Part shown: piece after piece, positions 8,060-16,673 of the stretch
Layout: each line of letters starts with the position of its first letter
How positions within the stretch are numbered: position 1 is the first letter of the stretch
Source of the DNA: Kineococcus radiotolerans SRS30216 = ATCC BAA-149
Lineage (GTDB): Bacteria; Actinomycetota; Actinomycetes; Actinomycetales; Kineococcaceae
Direction of reading: 5' to 3'
DNA length: 32,000 bases
Assembly: GCF_000017305.1 (NCBI RefSeq)
Contig: NC_009664.2
Coordinates: 3,360,001 to 3,392,000, forward strand
Made by a program: the position numbers and the translations under genes
The notes under the pieces: generated by a model
The model's database searches: none
Seen by the model: only the letters and a program-made list of their open reading frames with translations
Told to the model about the DNA's origin: nothing

Positions 8060-9603
8060 CGACGAGAGGACGGACACCCGTGGACGAGCAGCGACCCGGC
8101 GGTGCCCACGACCCGGTGGGCCGCGACGACGCGGAACTGGCGCGGGTGCGCGCGGTCGCCGCCGCCGGCCCGTACCAGCCCGAGTGGAGCTCCCTCCAGC
8201 GGTACCGCGCCCCGCTGTGGTACCGGGACGCGAAGTTCGGGATCTTCATCCACTGGGGGGTCTACTCCGTCCCCGCCTTCGGCAACGAGTGGTACGCCCG
8301 GACGATGTACCAGCGGGGGACCCCCGAGTTCGAGCACCACCGCACCACCCACGGCCCGCACGACGAGTTCGGCTACAAGGACTTCGTGCCGCTGTTCCGC
8401 GCCGAGCGCTTCGACCCGGTCGCCTGGGCGCAGACGTTCCAGCGCGCCGGGGCGCAGTTCGTCGTGCCGGTGGCCGAGCACCACGACGGGTTCGCGATGT
8501 ACGACACCGCGCGCTCGCGCTGGAACGCGCGCGCGATGGGACCGCAGCGCGACGTGCTGGGGGAGCTGGGTTCCGCCGTCCGCGACGCGGGCATGGTGCT
8601 GGGCGCCTCCAGCCACCGCGCAGAGCACTGGTGGTTCATGAACGGCGGTCGCGCCTTCGACTCCGACGTCCGCGACCCGGCGAACGCCGACTTCTACGGC
8701 CCCGCCATGCGCGAGGAGACCGCCCCCAACGAGCAGTTCCTGGAGGACTGGCTGCTGCGCACGGTCGAGCTGATCGACCGCTACCGCCCGCAGGTGCTGT
8801 GGTTCGACTGGTGGATCGAGCGCCCGGCCTTCGAGCCGTGGTTGCGGCTGCTCGCGGCCTACTACTACAACTCCGCCCACGCCTGGGGCCGCGAGGTCGT
8901 CATCAACTACAAGTGGTCCGCGTTCGCCGAGGGGTCGGCCGTCCTCGACGTCGAGCGCGGCGCGCTGGCCGGCACCCACCCCGAGGTCTGGCAGAACGAC
9001 ACCTCGGTGGGCCGCACCTCGTGGAGCTGGGTCGAGGGGCACCGGTACAAGACCATGGCCGAGCTCGTCGGCGACCTCGTCGACGTCGTGGCCAAGAACG
9101 GCGTGCTGCTGCTCAACGTCGGCCCGAAGGCCGACGGCACCATCGACCCCGCCGAGGTGGCCCTGCTGGAGGAGATCGGGGACTGGCTGCAGGTCAACGG
9201 CGAGGCGGTCTACGGCAGCCGTCCCTGGACGATCCCGGGCGAGGGCCCCACCTCGCTGCCCGCCGGTTCCTTCGTGGACGCCGCCGAGCGCACCTACACC
9301 GGGGCCGACGTCCGCTTCACCCAGCGCGACGAACCCGGCGGGACCCGCCTCTACGCGCTGGTCCTGGCCTGGCCGGAGGACGGCGTCGCCCGCGTCCGGG
9401 CCTGGGGCCGGGGTTCGGGACTGGTGGCCGGGGAGCTGGAGGACGTCCGCGTCCTGGGCGCCGACGGTCCGGCGGTGGTGCGCCGCACCGCGGAGGCGCT
9501 GGAGGTCGACCTGCCCGACCGGCGTCCCAGTTCCGTGGGGGTGGTGCTGCGGGCCACCCTGCGGGAACCAGAACCCCCGCGCCGCGACGACACCCTGCAC
9601 TGA
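8056..9603 (+). CDS. Alpha-L-fucosidase, glycoside hydrolase family 29, cytoplasmic
   Basis: 'WYRDAKFGIFIHWGVYSVPAFGNEWYARTMY...HHDGFAMYDT...LWFDWW' is typical GH29. No signal peptide. The start is taken as GTG 8056, a GTGA overlap with the fucU stop; GTG 8080 is possible. Confidence 0.9.
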   Translation: MTTRGRTPVDEQRPGGAHDPVGRDDAELARVRAVAAAGPYQPEWSSLQRYRAPLWYRDAKFGIFIHWGVYSVPAFGNEWYARTMYQRGTPEFEHHRTTHGPHDEFGYKDFVPLFRAERFDPVAWAQTFQRAGAQFVVPVAEHHDGFAMYDTARSRWNARAMGPQRDVLGELGSAVRDAGMVLGASSHRAEHWWFMNGGRAFDSDVRDPANADFYGPAMREETAPNEQFLEDWLLRTVELIDRYRPQVLWFDWWIERPAFEPWLRLLAAYYYNSAHAWGREVVINYKWSAFAEGSAVLDVERGALAGTHPEVWQNDTSVGRTSWSWVEGHRYKTMAELVGDLVDVVAKNGVLLLNVGPKADGTIDPAEVALLEEIGDWLQVNGEAVYGSRPWTIPGEGPTSLPAGSFVDAAERTYTGADVRFTQRDEPGGTRLYALVLAWPEDGVARVRAWGRGSGLVAGELEDVRVLGADGPAVVRRTAEALEVDLPDRRPSSVGVVLRATLREPEPPRRDDTLH

Positions 9604-9622
9604 GCGGCCCCCGGCGGCTCAG
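9600..9622. terminator. Hairpin between convergent genes whose arms contain both stop codons
   Basis: CTGAGC (9600-9605) pairs with GCTCAG (9617-9622). TGA 9601-9603 ends the fucosidase and TCA 9619-9621 is the LacI stop on the other strand. An inner GCC/GGC extends the stem. Confidence 0.4.
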
Positions 9623-10677
9623 CGGGCCGGCCGGGCCCCGCGGGTCCGCCGGGCCGGCCGGGCCGGGCGGGTGGTCGACTCCCGCTCCACGAGCTCGAAG
9701 GACACGGTGACGTCGGTCGGGGTGGCCGCGGGGTCCTGGATCCGGCGCTGCAGCAGCCGGACGGACTCCGCGACGAGACCGTCGTGGTCCGGCGCCACCG
9801 AGGACAGCGACGGGACGTGGAAGCGGGCGTCCTCGACGTCGTCGAAACCGACGACGAGGACGTCGTCGGGAACCCGGACCCCGCCGTCGGCGAGGCCGCG
9901 CACCACCCCGAAGGCCAGGGTGTCGGTGACGCAGAAGATCCCGTCGGGCCGCTCCGGGCGGCCCAGCAGGTCCTGCGCGCACAGCACCCCCGCCGCCTGG
10001 GTGACGCCGTGGTGCGAGGAGGTGACGTCCGCCCCGCCGGCGCGCGCGGCGCGGAGGAAGCCCTCGGTGCGCAGGGAGAAGGCCGCTCCCTCGGGCAGCC
10101 GCACCTTCTCCACGTCCTCGAGGGTGGGGAAGCCGACCAGGGCCAGCCGGCGGCAGCCGCGGTCCAGCAGCAGCCGGGTCGCCGCCTCGGCCCCCGCGAC
10201 GTTGGGCATGCTGACGTGGTCGACGGTCTGGTGCAGCTCCTGCTCCCCGAGCACCACCACCGGCACCTCGCGGCTGAGGGCGTTGATCTCGCGCTCGGAC
10301 AGGCCCAGGGCGGCGATGACGAGCCCGTCGTAGGCGTTGAGCCGGGAGTCGCGGAAGGCGGCGAGCTCACCCTCGCGGCTGGCGTGGGTCTCCTCGACGA
10401 CCGTGGCCAGGCCGGCCTGGGAGAACGCCACCACGAGGCGGTGGCTGAGCTGGCTGTAGTAGTGGCTGTCCAGGGTGGGGACGGCGACGCCGACGACCCC
10501 GGTGCGGCCCTGGCGCAGGCTGCGGGCGGCCACGTTGACCTGGTAGCCGAGGCGCTCGACCGTCTCCATGACCAGCCGGCGGGTCGGTTCGCTCACCGGA
10601 CGGCGCCCGGTGAGCGCGTTGGAGACGGTCATGGCCGAGACGCCCGCCTCCGCCGCCACGTCGCGCATCGTGACCAC
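9619..10677 (-). CDS. LacI-family transcriptional regulator
   Basis: 'VTMRDVAAEAGVSAMTVSNALTGRRPVSEPTRRLVMETVERLGYQVNVAARSLRQGRTGVVGVAVP' is a LacI HTH. GTG 10677 lies 7 nt after GAGGAGGAG. Confidence 0.92.
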   Translation of the reverse strand: MVTMRDVAAEAGVSAMTVSNALTGRRPVSEPTRRLVMETVERLGYQVNVAARSLRQGRTGVVGVAVPTLDSHYYSQLSHRLVVAFSQAGLATVVEETHASREGELAAFRDSRLNAYDGLVIAALGLSEREINALSREVPVVVLGEQELHQTVDHVSMPNVAGAEAATRLLLDRGCRRLALVGFPTLEDVEKVRLPEGAAFSLRTEGFLRAARAGGADVTSSHHGVTQAAGVLCAQDLLGRPERPDGIFCVTDTLAFGVVRGLADGGVRVPDDVLVVGFDDVEDARFHVPSLSSVAPDHDGLVAESVRLLQRRIQDPAATPTDVTVSFELVERESTTRPARPARRTRGARPAR

Positions 10678-10765
10678 GGGCGATCTCCTCCTCGGGCGCG
10701 GCGGAGGCCGGTCGGTCCGGTTCCTGCCGTGGTGCAGAAGTTACAGGCAGACCCGCCCGATCCCC

Positions 10766-10803
10766 TTGACACGACCGGGCGCCCCCCGCACTATATCGAT
10801 ACA
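10766..10803 (+). promoter_or_regulatory. Predicted promoter/operator of the arabinofuranosidase operon
   Basis: A consensus -35 TTGACA (10766-10771) is followed 17-20 bp later by the AT-rich block CACTATATCGATACA. TATATCGATACA (10792-10803) is a 12-bp palindrome with one mismatched pair and a central CG, as in LacI-type operators. The exact -10 hexamer is ambiguous. Confidence 0.45.
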
Positions 10804-10911
10804 CGCAGGGTCGCGGTCCGCCGAAGGGGGCGGACGGGACGGCCCGCACCACGAACGCAGCGGTCCGGTGCGCCCGGCCCGGCTGCCTCCCCACCACCTT
10901 GCGAGGCCCTC

Positions 10912-12519
10912 GTGCTCACCGACGACCACCGAGTGGACGAGTCCCTGACCGTCGCCGACCCGACCCCCGACGCCCCGCCCGCCCCCGCGACGCGGGTCCG
11001 CGCCGTGCTGGACGTGGACCTCCCCGGCCCGCGCATCAACCGCCACCTCTACGGGCACTTCGCCGAGCACCTCGGCCGCTGCATCTACGGCGGGTTCTGG
11101 GTGGGGGAGGACTCCGAGATCCCCAACGAGGGCGGGCTGCGCCTGGACGTCGTCGAGGCCCTGCGGGCGCTGGACATCCCCAACCTGCGCTGGCCCGGCG
11201 GCTGCTTCGCCGACACCTACCACTGGCGCGACGGCGTCGGCCCCCGCGAGGACCGCCCGGCGATGGTGAACTCGCACTGGGGCGACGTCGTGGAGGACAA
11301 CTCCTTCGGCACCCACGAGTTCATGGCCCTGTGCGAACTCCTCGGCGCCGACCCCTACGTCTCGGCCAACGTCGGCAGCGGCACCGTCCGCGAGGCCGCC
11401 GAGTGGATCGAGTACCTCACCCGCGCCGACGACTCGCCCATGGCCCGGCTGCGCCGCAGCCACGGGCGCGACGAGCCGTGGACCGTCCCGTTCTGGGGCC
11501 TGGGCAACGAACCCTGGGGGTGCGGTGGGGGCATGAGTTCCGGCGCCTACGCCGAACTCGCCCGCCAGTACGGCACGTACAGCCTCGACCACGGCGACAA
11601 CAGGCTGTACCGCATCGCGGCCGGCGCGGCCGACGCCGACTACCGCTGGACCGAGGTCCTCCTGCAGAACCTCGGCCGCTACCTCGGCGACGGCGAGGTG
11701 ACCGGGCACGGCAAGAACACCTACCAGGCGATCTCCTTCCACCACTACACGATCGTCGGCCCCACCTGGGAGGAGAAGGGTTCCGCGACGCGGTTCGACG
11801 ACGACGAGTACTACCGCACCATGGTCAAGGCCACCGAGATCGAGCGGATCATCGCCGGGCACGCCCACGTCATGGACGCCTACGACCCCGACAAGCGCGT
11901 CGGCCTGGTCCTGGACGAGTGGGGCACCTGGTTCGACGTCGAACCGGGTACGAACCCCGGGTTCCTCTTCCAGCAGAACACCGTGCGCGACGCCCTCGTC
12001 GCCAGCGTCCACTTCGACGCCTTCCACCGCCACGCCGACCGGCTGGTGATGGCCAACATCGCCCAGACCGTCAACGTCCTGCAGGCCATGCTGCTCACCG
12101 ACGGCGACGCGCTCGTCCTCACCCCCAGCTACCACGTGTTCGCCATGAACAAGGGGCACCAGGACGCGGCCTCCCTGCCGCTGACCGTGCGCGGGGAGAC
12201 CCCCGTGCGCGACGTCGACGGCACCGGCCTGCCGACGTTCTCCGGGTCGGCCAGCACCAAGGACGGCAGCGTCCTGGTCTCGCTGAGCAACCTCCACGCC
12301 ACCGAGGCGCTGGTCGTGGAGCTCGACGTCCGCGGTTCCGCGGTGGGCGCCCCCGTCGGGCGGCTGCTGAGCGCCGAGACGGTCACGGCCCACAACACCG
12401 CCACCGACACCCCGGTGCAGGTGCGCGACCTCGACGACCTCTCCGTGGAGGGCGGGGTGCTGCGGGTGACGCTGCCCGCGCACAGCTTCGCCACCGTCAG
12501 CTTCACCGTCGACGCCTGA
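10912..12519 (+). CDS. abfA: Alpha-L-arabinofuranosidase, glycoside hydrolase family 51
   Basis: From GTG 10912: 'INRHLYGHFAEHLGRCIYGGFWVGEDS...LRWPGGCFADTYHWRDGVGP...FWGLGNEPWGCGG...LVLDEWGTW' contains the GH51 catalytic-region motifs (GNE acid/base, DEW nucleophile). The 911-aa track ORF is real only from this start. Confidence 0.93.
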   Translation: MLTDDHRVDESLTVADPTPDAPPAPATRVRAVLDVDLPGPRINRHLYGHFAEHLGRCIYGGFWVGEDSEIPNEGGLRLDVVEALRALDIPNLRWPGGCFADTYHWRDGVGPREDRPAMVNSHWGDVVEDNSFGTHEFMALCELLGADPYVSANVGSGTVREAAEWIEYLTRADDSPMARLRRSHGRDEPWTVPFWGLGNEPWGCGGGMSSGAYAELARQYGTYSLDHGDNRLYRIAAGAADADYRWTEVLLQNLGRYLGDGEVTGHGKNTYQAISFHHYTIVGPTWEEKGSATRFDDDEYYRTMVKATEIERIIAGHAHVMDAYDPDKRVGLVLDEWGTWFDVEPGTNPGFLFQQNTVRDALVASVHFDAFHRHADRLVMANIAQTVNVLQAMLLTDGDALVLTPSYHVFAMNKGHQDAASLPLTVRGETPVRDVDGTGLPTFSGSASTKDGSVLVSLSNLHATEALVVELDVRGSAVGAPVGRLLSAETVTAHNTATDTPVQVRDLDDLSVEGGVLRVTLPAHSFATVSFTVDA

Positions 12520-12570
12520 CCCCCACCCCCCGACCACCCCACCCCACGACTCCCGAAGGAGGGACCTCGC

Positions 12571-13875
12571 GTGAACACGCCGTCCCGCAAGTCGCTGTCG
12601 CTGTCCATGTCCCGTCGCCGCGCCCTCGCCCTCGGCGGCCTCGCCGGCGGTCTCACCCTCACCGCCTCGGCCTGCTCGTCCGGCTCGGGCGGCTCCAGCG
12701 ACCCCAACACCTTCGAGTTCTGGTCCTTCACCGGCATCAACCAGAAGGACTCCGTCGAGGAGTACAAGGCGCTCGCGCCCGACGTCACGGTCAAGCTCAC
12801 CGAGGTCGGCAACGCCCAGGAGACCGCGCAGGGCCTGACCACCGCGCTGGCCGGCGGCAAGGTCCCCGACCTGGTGCTCATCCAGGCCGGCGACCTGCCC
12901 AAGTTCATGAAGAACCCCGGCAACTTCATCGACCTCACCACCCTCGGCGCCGACGAGATCCAGGACGACTACGTGGACTGGGTGATGGCGCAGGCCACCG
13001 CCGAGTCCGGCGAGGTCATCGGCATCCCCACCGACGTCGGCGGCATGGGCGTCGCCTACCGCACCGACCTCATGGCCGCGGCCGGGCTGCCCACCAACCG
13101 CGACGAGGTCAGCGCGCTGTGGCCGACGTGGGAGGACTTCATCGCCACCGGCCAGCGCTACACCCAGGCGACCGGCAACGCGTTCATCGACAACGCGGCC
13201 ACCACCGTCTTCCTGCAGGCCGTCTCGCAGGGGGAGGAGCAGTACTACTCCGCCGACGGCGAAGTGGTCTACGACACCAACCCCATCGTCCGGGAGTCCT
13301 TCGACCTCGGGCTCAAGGCCATCGCCGCCGGGATCACCGCGAAGCTGGAGAGCTTCACCGACGGCTGGAACGCCGGCATGGCCAAGGGGGCCTTCGCCGC
13401 CGTCGCCGCACCGTCCTGGATGCTCGGCTCCATCCGCTCCGCGGCCCCCGACACCGAGGGCAAGTGGGACATCGCCACCATCCCCGGCGGCAGCGGCAAC
13501 TGGGGCGGCAGCTACCTCGCCATCCCGGCCCGCGCGGCCAACCCGCAGGCGGCGTGGAAGTACGCGTCGACGATGCAGTCCCCCGAGCAGCAGCTCAAGC
13601 ACTTCGTGGACTCCGGTTCCCTGCCCACCACCCCGGTGAACTACGACAAGCCGGAGCTGGTGAACCACACCGACCCCTTCTTCAGCGGCGCCCCCACCGG
13701 CAAGATCTTCACCCAGGCCGTGCTGGGCCTGAAGCCCTTCGTCAACGGCGAGTACAACACCGAGATCAGCACCGAGCTGCTCAACGGCCTCAACGGCGTC
13801 GAGGGCGACGGCGCCCCCGCCGACGCGGCGTGGGACACCGCGGTCAAGAACATCAAGACGGCGATCGGCGCCTGA
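12571..13875 (+). CDS. ABC transporter sugar-binding lipoprotein
   Basis: GTG 12571 lies 7 nt after GAAGGAGGG. 'SRRRALALGGLAGGLTLTASACSSG' has an RR signal and a lipobox. SBP_bac_1-like body. Confidence 0.92.
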   Translation: MNTPSRKSLSLSMSRRRALALGGLAGGLTLTASACSSGSGGSSDPNTFEFWSFTGINQKDSVEEYKALAPDVTVKLTEVGNAQETAQGLTTALAGGKVPDLVLIQAGDLPKFMKNPGNFIDLTTLGADEIQDDYVDWVMAQATAESGEVIGIPTDVGGMGVAYRTDLMAAAGLPTNRDEVSALWPTWEDFIATGQRYTQATGNAFIDNAATTVFLQAVSQGEEQYYSADGEVVYDTNPIVRESFDLGLKAIAAGITAKLESFTDGWNAGMAKGAFAAVAAPSWMLGSIRSAAPDTEGKWDIATIPGGSGNWGGSYLAIPARAANPQAAWKYASTMQSPEQQLKHFVDSGSLPTTPVNYDKPELVNHTDPFFSGAPTGKIFTQAVLGLKPFVNGEYNTEISTELLNGLNGVEGDGAPADAAWDTAVKNIKTAIGA

Positions 13876-14825
13876 TGAGCGCCACCCTGACCCCCGGAAC
13901 CCTGAAGGGAGTCAAACCGGCCACGGCGACCCGGCCCGTGGAGAAGCGCTGGGAACGGCTGGCGCCCTACGGGTACGTGGCGCCCTTCTACGTCCTGTTC
14001 CTGATCTTCGGCCTCTTCCCGCTGCTGTTCACCTTCTACGTGTCGCTGTTCGACTGGAACCCGATCGGCGACAAGACGTTCGTGGGCCTGGAGAACTTCC
14101 GCCAGCTCGGGCAGGACCCGCGCTTCTGGAACGCCCTGCGCAACACGTTCAGCATCTGGATCATCTCCACCGTCCCGCAGCTGATCATCGCGCTGATCCT
14201 GGCCCAGGTCCTCAACAACGCCTTCCTGCGCTTCGCCAACTTCTTCCGCATGGCGATGCTCCTGCCGTACATCACCTCCGTCGCGGCGACGGCGATCGTC
14301 TTCGCCCAGCTCTTCAACCGCGACTACGGCCTGCTGAACTGGTTCCTGGGCCTGATCGGCGTCGAGCACATCGACTTCATGTCCACCCCGGTGGGCAGCC
14401 ACCTGCTCATCTCCGTCATGGTCATCTGGCGCTGGTTCGGCTACAACACGCTGCTCTACCTGGCGTCGCTGCAGGCCGTGCCGCGCGACCTCTACGAGGC
14501 GGCCGCCATGGACGGCGCCGGGCCGGTCAAGCAGTTCCTGCACATCACCCTGCCCTCGCTGCGCCCGGTCATCGTCTTCACCGTCATCATGTCCACCATC
14601 GGCGGCCTGCAGATCTTCACCGAGCCGCTGCTGCTGTCCAACGGCACGCTCACCTGCGGGACGGCGCGCCAGTGCCAGACCCTCTCGCTCTTCCTGTTCG
14701 ACCAGGGCTTCGGGTCGTTCAAGTTCGGCTACGGCTCGGCCATCGGCGTCGCGCTGTTCGCCATCATCGTCGTCGTGGCGTTCATCAACTTCCTGCTCTC
14801 CAGCCGACTCGGGAAGAAGGGCTGA
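13875..14825 (+). CDS. Carbohydrate ABC transporter permease (MalF/LacF-like)
   Basis: ATG 13875 overlaps the upstream stop (TGATG). 'YGYVAPFYVLFLIFGLFPLLFTFYVSLFDWN' and the EAA-loop region 'LYLASLQAVPRDLYEAAAMDGAGPVKQFLHITLPSLRP' support the call. Only the last 316 codons of the 1308-aa track ORF are genuine. Confidence 0.93.
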   Translation: MSATLTPGTLKGVKPATATRPVEKRWERLAPYGYVAPFYVLFLIFGLFPLLFTFYVSLFDWNPIGDKTFVGLENFRQLGQDPRFWNALRNTFSIWIISTVPQLIIALILAQVLNNAFLRFANFFRMAMLLPYITSVAATAIVFAQLFNRDYGLLNWFLGLIGVEHIDFMSTPVGSHLLISVMVIWRWFGYNTLLYLASLQAVPRDLYEAAAMDGAGPVKQFLHITLPSLRPVIVFTVIMSTIGGLQIFTEPLLLSNGTLTCGTARQCQTLSLFLFDQGFGSFKFGYGSAIGVALFAIIVVVAFINFLLSSRLGKKG

Positions 14826-14827
14826 CC

Positions 14828-15721
14828 ATGGCCACCACCACCGACCCGCCGCGCCGCGACGAGCTCCGCGCCCGGACGCCGCGGACCCCCCGGCGGCGCA
14901 GCATCGTCCGGGTGCGCTGGTACACGTACGTGATCCTCACCCTGGCCGCCGCCGCGTGCGTCTTCCCGGTCTACTGGATGTTCGTCGTCTCCTCCGTCGG
15001 CTCGGAGGCGGCCACCCAGCTGCCCCCGCGCGTGGTCCCCGGCGGCAACTTCCCCGAGCTGCTCAGGCTCGTCTTCGAGACGGTGCCGTTCCTGCGCTCG
15101 CTCTTCAACAGCTTCGTCGTCGCGGCCCTGATCGCCGTGGGCCAGGCGTTCCTGTGCTCGCTGGCCGGCTTCGCCTTCGCCAAGATGACCTTCCGCGGGC
15201 GGGACGTGCTGTTCCTCGTCCTCGTCCTGACCATGACGGTTCCGGCACAGCTGGCCGTCATCCCGCAGTACATGATCATCTCCCGGCTGGGGTGGGTGGA
15301 CACCCTGCAGGCCCTCGTCGTGCCCGGCCTGGTCAGCGCGTTCGGCATCTTCTGGATGCGCCAGCACATCAGCGCCACCATCAGCGACGAGCTGCTGCAG
15401 GCGGCGCGGATGGACGGGGCGAACTCGTGGCAGATCTTCGCCCGCATCGCCTTCCCCGTCGTCCGGCCCGCGGCCGCGGTCCTCGGGCTGCTCGGCTTCG
15501 TCAACGCCTGGAACGACTTCCTCTGGCCCTTCATCGTCCTGAAGTCCCCGGACACCTACACCGCGCAGATCGCCATCAAGGCCCTGCAGTCCAACATCTC
15601 CGTCGACCTCGGCCTGGCCATGGCCGGTTCCTTCCTCGTCACCGTCCCGCTCCTGGTGCTGTTCGCCTTCTTCGGAAAGCAGATGGTCTCCGGGATCATG
15701 GACGGCGCCTTCAAGGGCTGA
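14828..15721 (+). CDS. Carbohydrate ABC transporter permease (MalG/LacG-like)
   Basis: ATG at 14828, 2 nt after the previous stop. EAA loop 'ISDELLQAARMDGANSWQIFARIAFPVVRP'. Six hydrophobic segments. Confidence 0.93.
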   Translation: MATTTDPPRRDELRARTPRTPRRRSIVRVRWYTYVILTLAAAACVFPVYWMFVVSSVGSEAATQLPPRVVPGGNFPELLRLVFETVPFLRSLFNSFVVAALIAVGQAFLCSLAGFAFAKMTFRGRDVLFLVLVLTMTVPAQLAVIPQYMIISRLGWVDTLQALVVPGLVSAFGIFWMRQHISATISDELLQAARMDGANSWQIFARIAFPVVRPAAAVLGLLGFVNAWNDFLWPFIVLKSPDTYTAQIAIKALQSNISVDLGLAMAGSFLVTVPLLVLFAFFGKQMVSGIMDGAFKG

Positions 15722-15747
15722 CGCCCCCACCCCGTGAGGACAACCCC

Positions 15748-16617
15748 GTGAGCACCAGCACCACCACCGCCCCGCTCGACGACGCCCAGGTCGAGCACTT
15801 CCTGGAGAAGGGCTACGTCGTCCTGGAGGGCTGCTTCGACGCCGAGGCCGCCGCCCCCGTCGTTGACCGCGCCTGGGAGCGCCTCGGAGTCGACCGTGAC
15901 GACCCCACCACCTGGGACCGGCCCCGCGTCCACCTGCCCTCCGAGCAGCACCTCGACGCCGCCGAGTTCGCCCCCCGCGCCTTCGCCGCGGCCTGCCAGC
16001 TGCTGGGCGGCGAGGACCGCGTGCAGACCCCCTGGCGGTGGTCGGACGGGATCATCGCCAACCTCGGGGTCGGCGCCGACCGCCCCTTCGACCCGCCCTC
16101 GGCCGACGTCGGCGGCTGGCACAAGGACGGCGACTTCTTCCGCCACTTCCTGGACTCCCCCGAGCAGGGGCTGCTGACCATCGTGCTGTGGACCGACGTC
16201 CTCTCCCAGGGGGGCGGCACGTTCGTGGCCACCGACTCCGTGGGGGTCGTGGCCCGGTTCCTGGCCGAGCGCCCCGAGGGCGTCCTGCCCGACGAGCTCC
16301 AGTCGACCCCGCTGATCCGGGAGTGCCACGAGTTCGTCGAGCTCACCGGCAAGCAGGGCGACGTCGTCCTCATGCACCCCTTCGTGCTGCACGCGACCTC
16401 GCAGAACGTCCTGCGCGCCCAGCGCCTCATCACCAACCCGCCGCTGAGCCTGCGCGAACCCCTGCGCTTCGACCGCGAGGACGGCGCCTCCTCGCCCGTG
16501 GAGCAGGGGGTGCTGCGCGGCCTGGGCGTGGACCGCTTCGCGTTCCGCCCCACCGCCCCGCGCGAGGACGTCGTCCCGCCGCGGCTGCGGGCCCACCGCG
16601 AGGGTGCGGCGGTCTGA
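15748..16617 (+). CDS. Phytanoyl-CoA dioxygenase (PhyH) family Fe(II)/2-oxoglutarate-dependent oxygenase
   Basis: From GTG 15748: 'LDDAQVEHFLEKGYVVLEGCFD' is a PhyH N-terminal motif. 'GWHKDGD' supplies H-x-D and a distal His lies in 'VLMHPFVLHATSQN'. The gene starts 26 nt after the permease stop on the same strand. Confidence 0.8.
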   Translation: MSTSTTTAPLDDAQVEHFLEKGYVVLEGCFDAEAAAPVVDRAWERLGVDRDDPTTWDRPRVHLPSEQHLDAAEFAPRAFAAACQLLGGEDRVQTPWRWSDGIIANLGVGADRPFDPPSADVGGWHKDGDFFRHFLDSPEQGLLTIVLWTDVLSQGGGTFVATDSVGVVARFLAERPEGVLPDELQSTPLIRECHEFVELTGKQGDVVLMHPFVLHATSQNVLRAQRLITNPPLSLREPLRFDREDGASSPVEQGVLRGLGVDRFAFRPTAPREDVVPPRLRAHREGAAV

Positions 16618-16673
16618 CGCCGGACCCGCCGACCGGCGGGCGGGTCCCCGCGCCGGGTGGGAGGGTCCTGTCC

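Noticed and set aside
9623-9670. Repeated ccgggccggccggg motifs just inside the 3' end of the second LacI gene
   Set aside because: They encode a low-complexity basic tail (…TRPARPARRTRGARPAR) on the minus strand. This is compositional repetition rather than a discrete element.
10741-13668. 975-aa ORF on the minus strand antisense to abfA and the binding-protein gene
   Set aside because: It is an antisense shadow with a repetitive Gly/Val/Asp/Arg composition and no recognisable domain. The plus-strand genes are unambiguous.
10899-14825. Apparent 1308-aa plus-strand ORF
   Set aside because: Only the last 316 codons (from ATG 13875) encode a real ABC permease. The upstream 990 codons are an out-of-frame read-through of abfA and the SBP gene, with Arg/Pro-rich nonsense.
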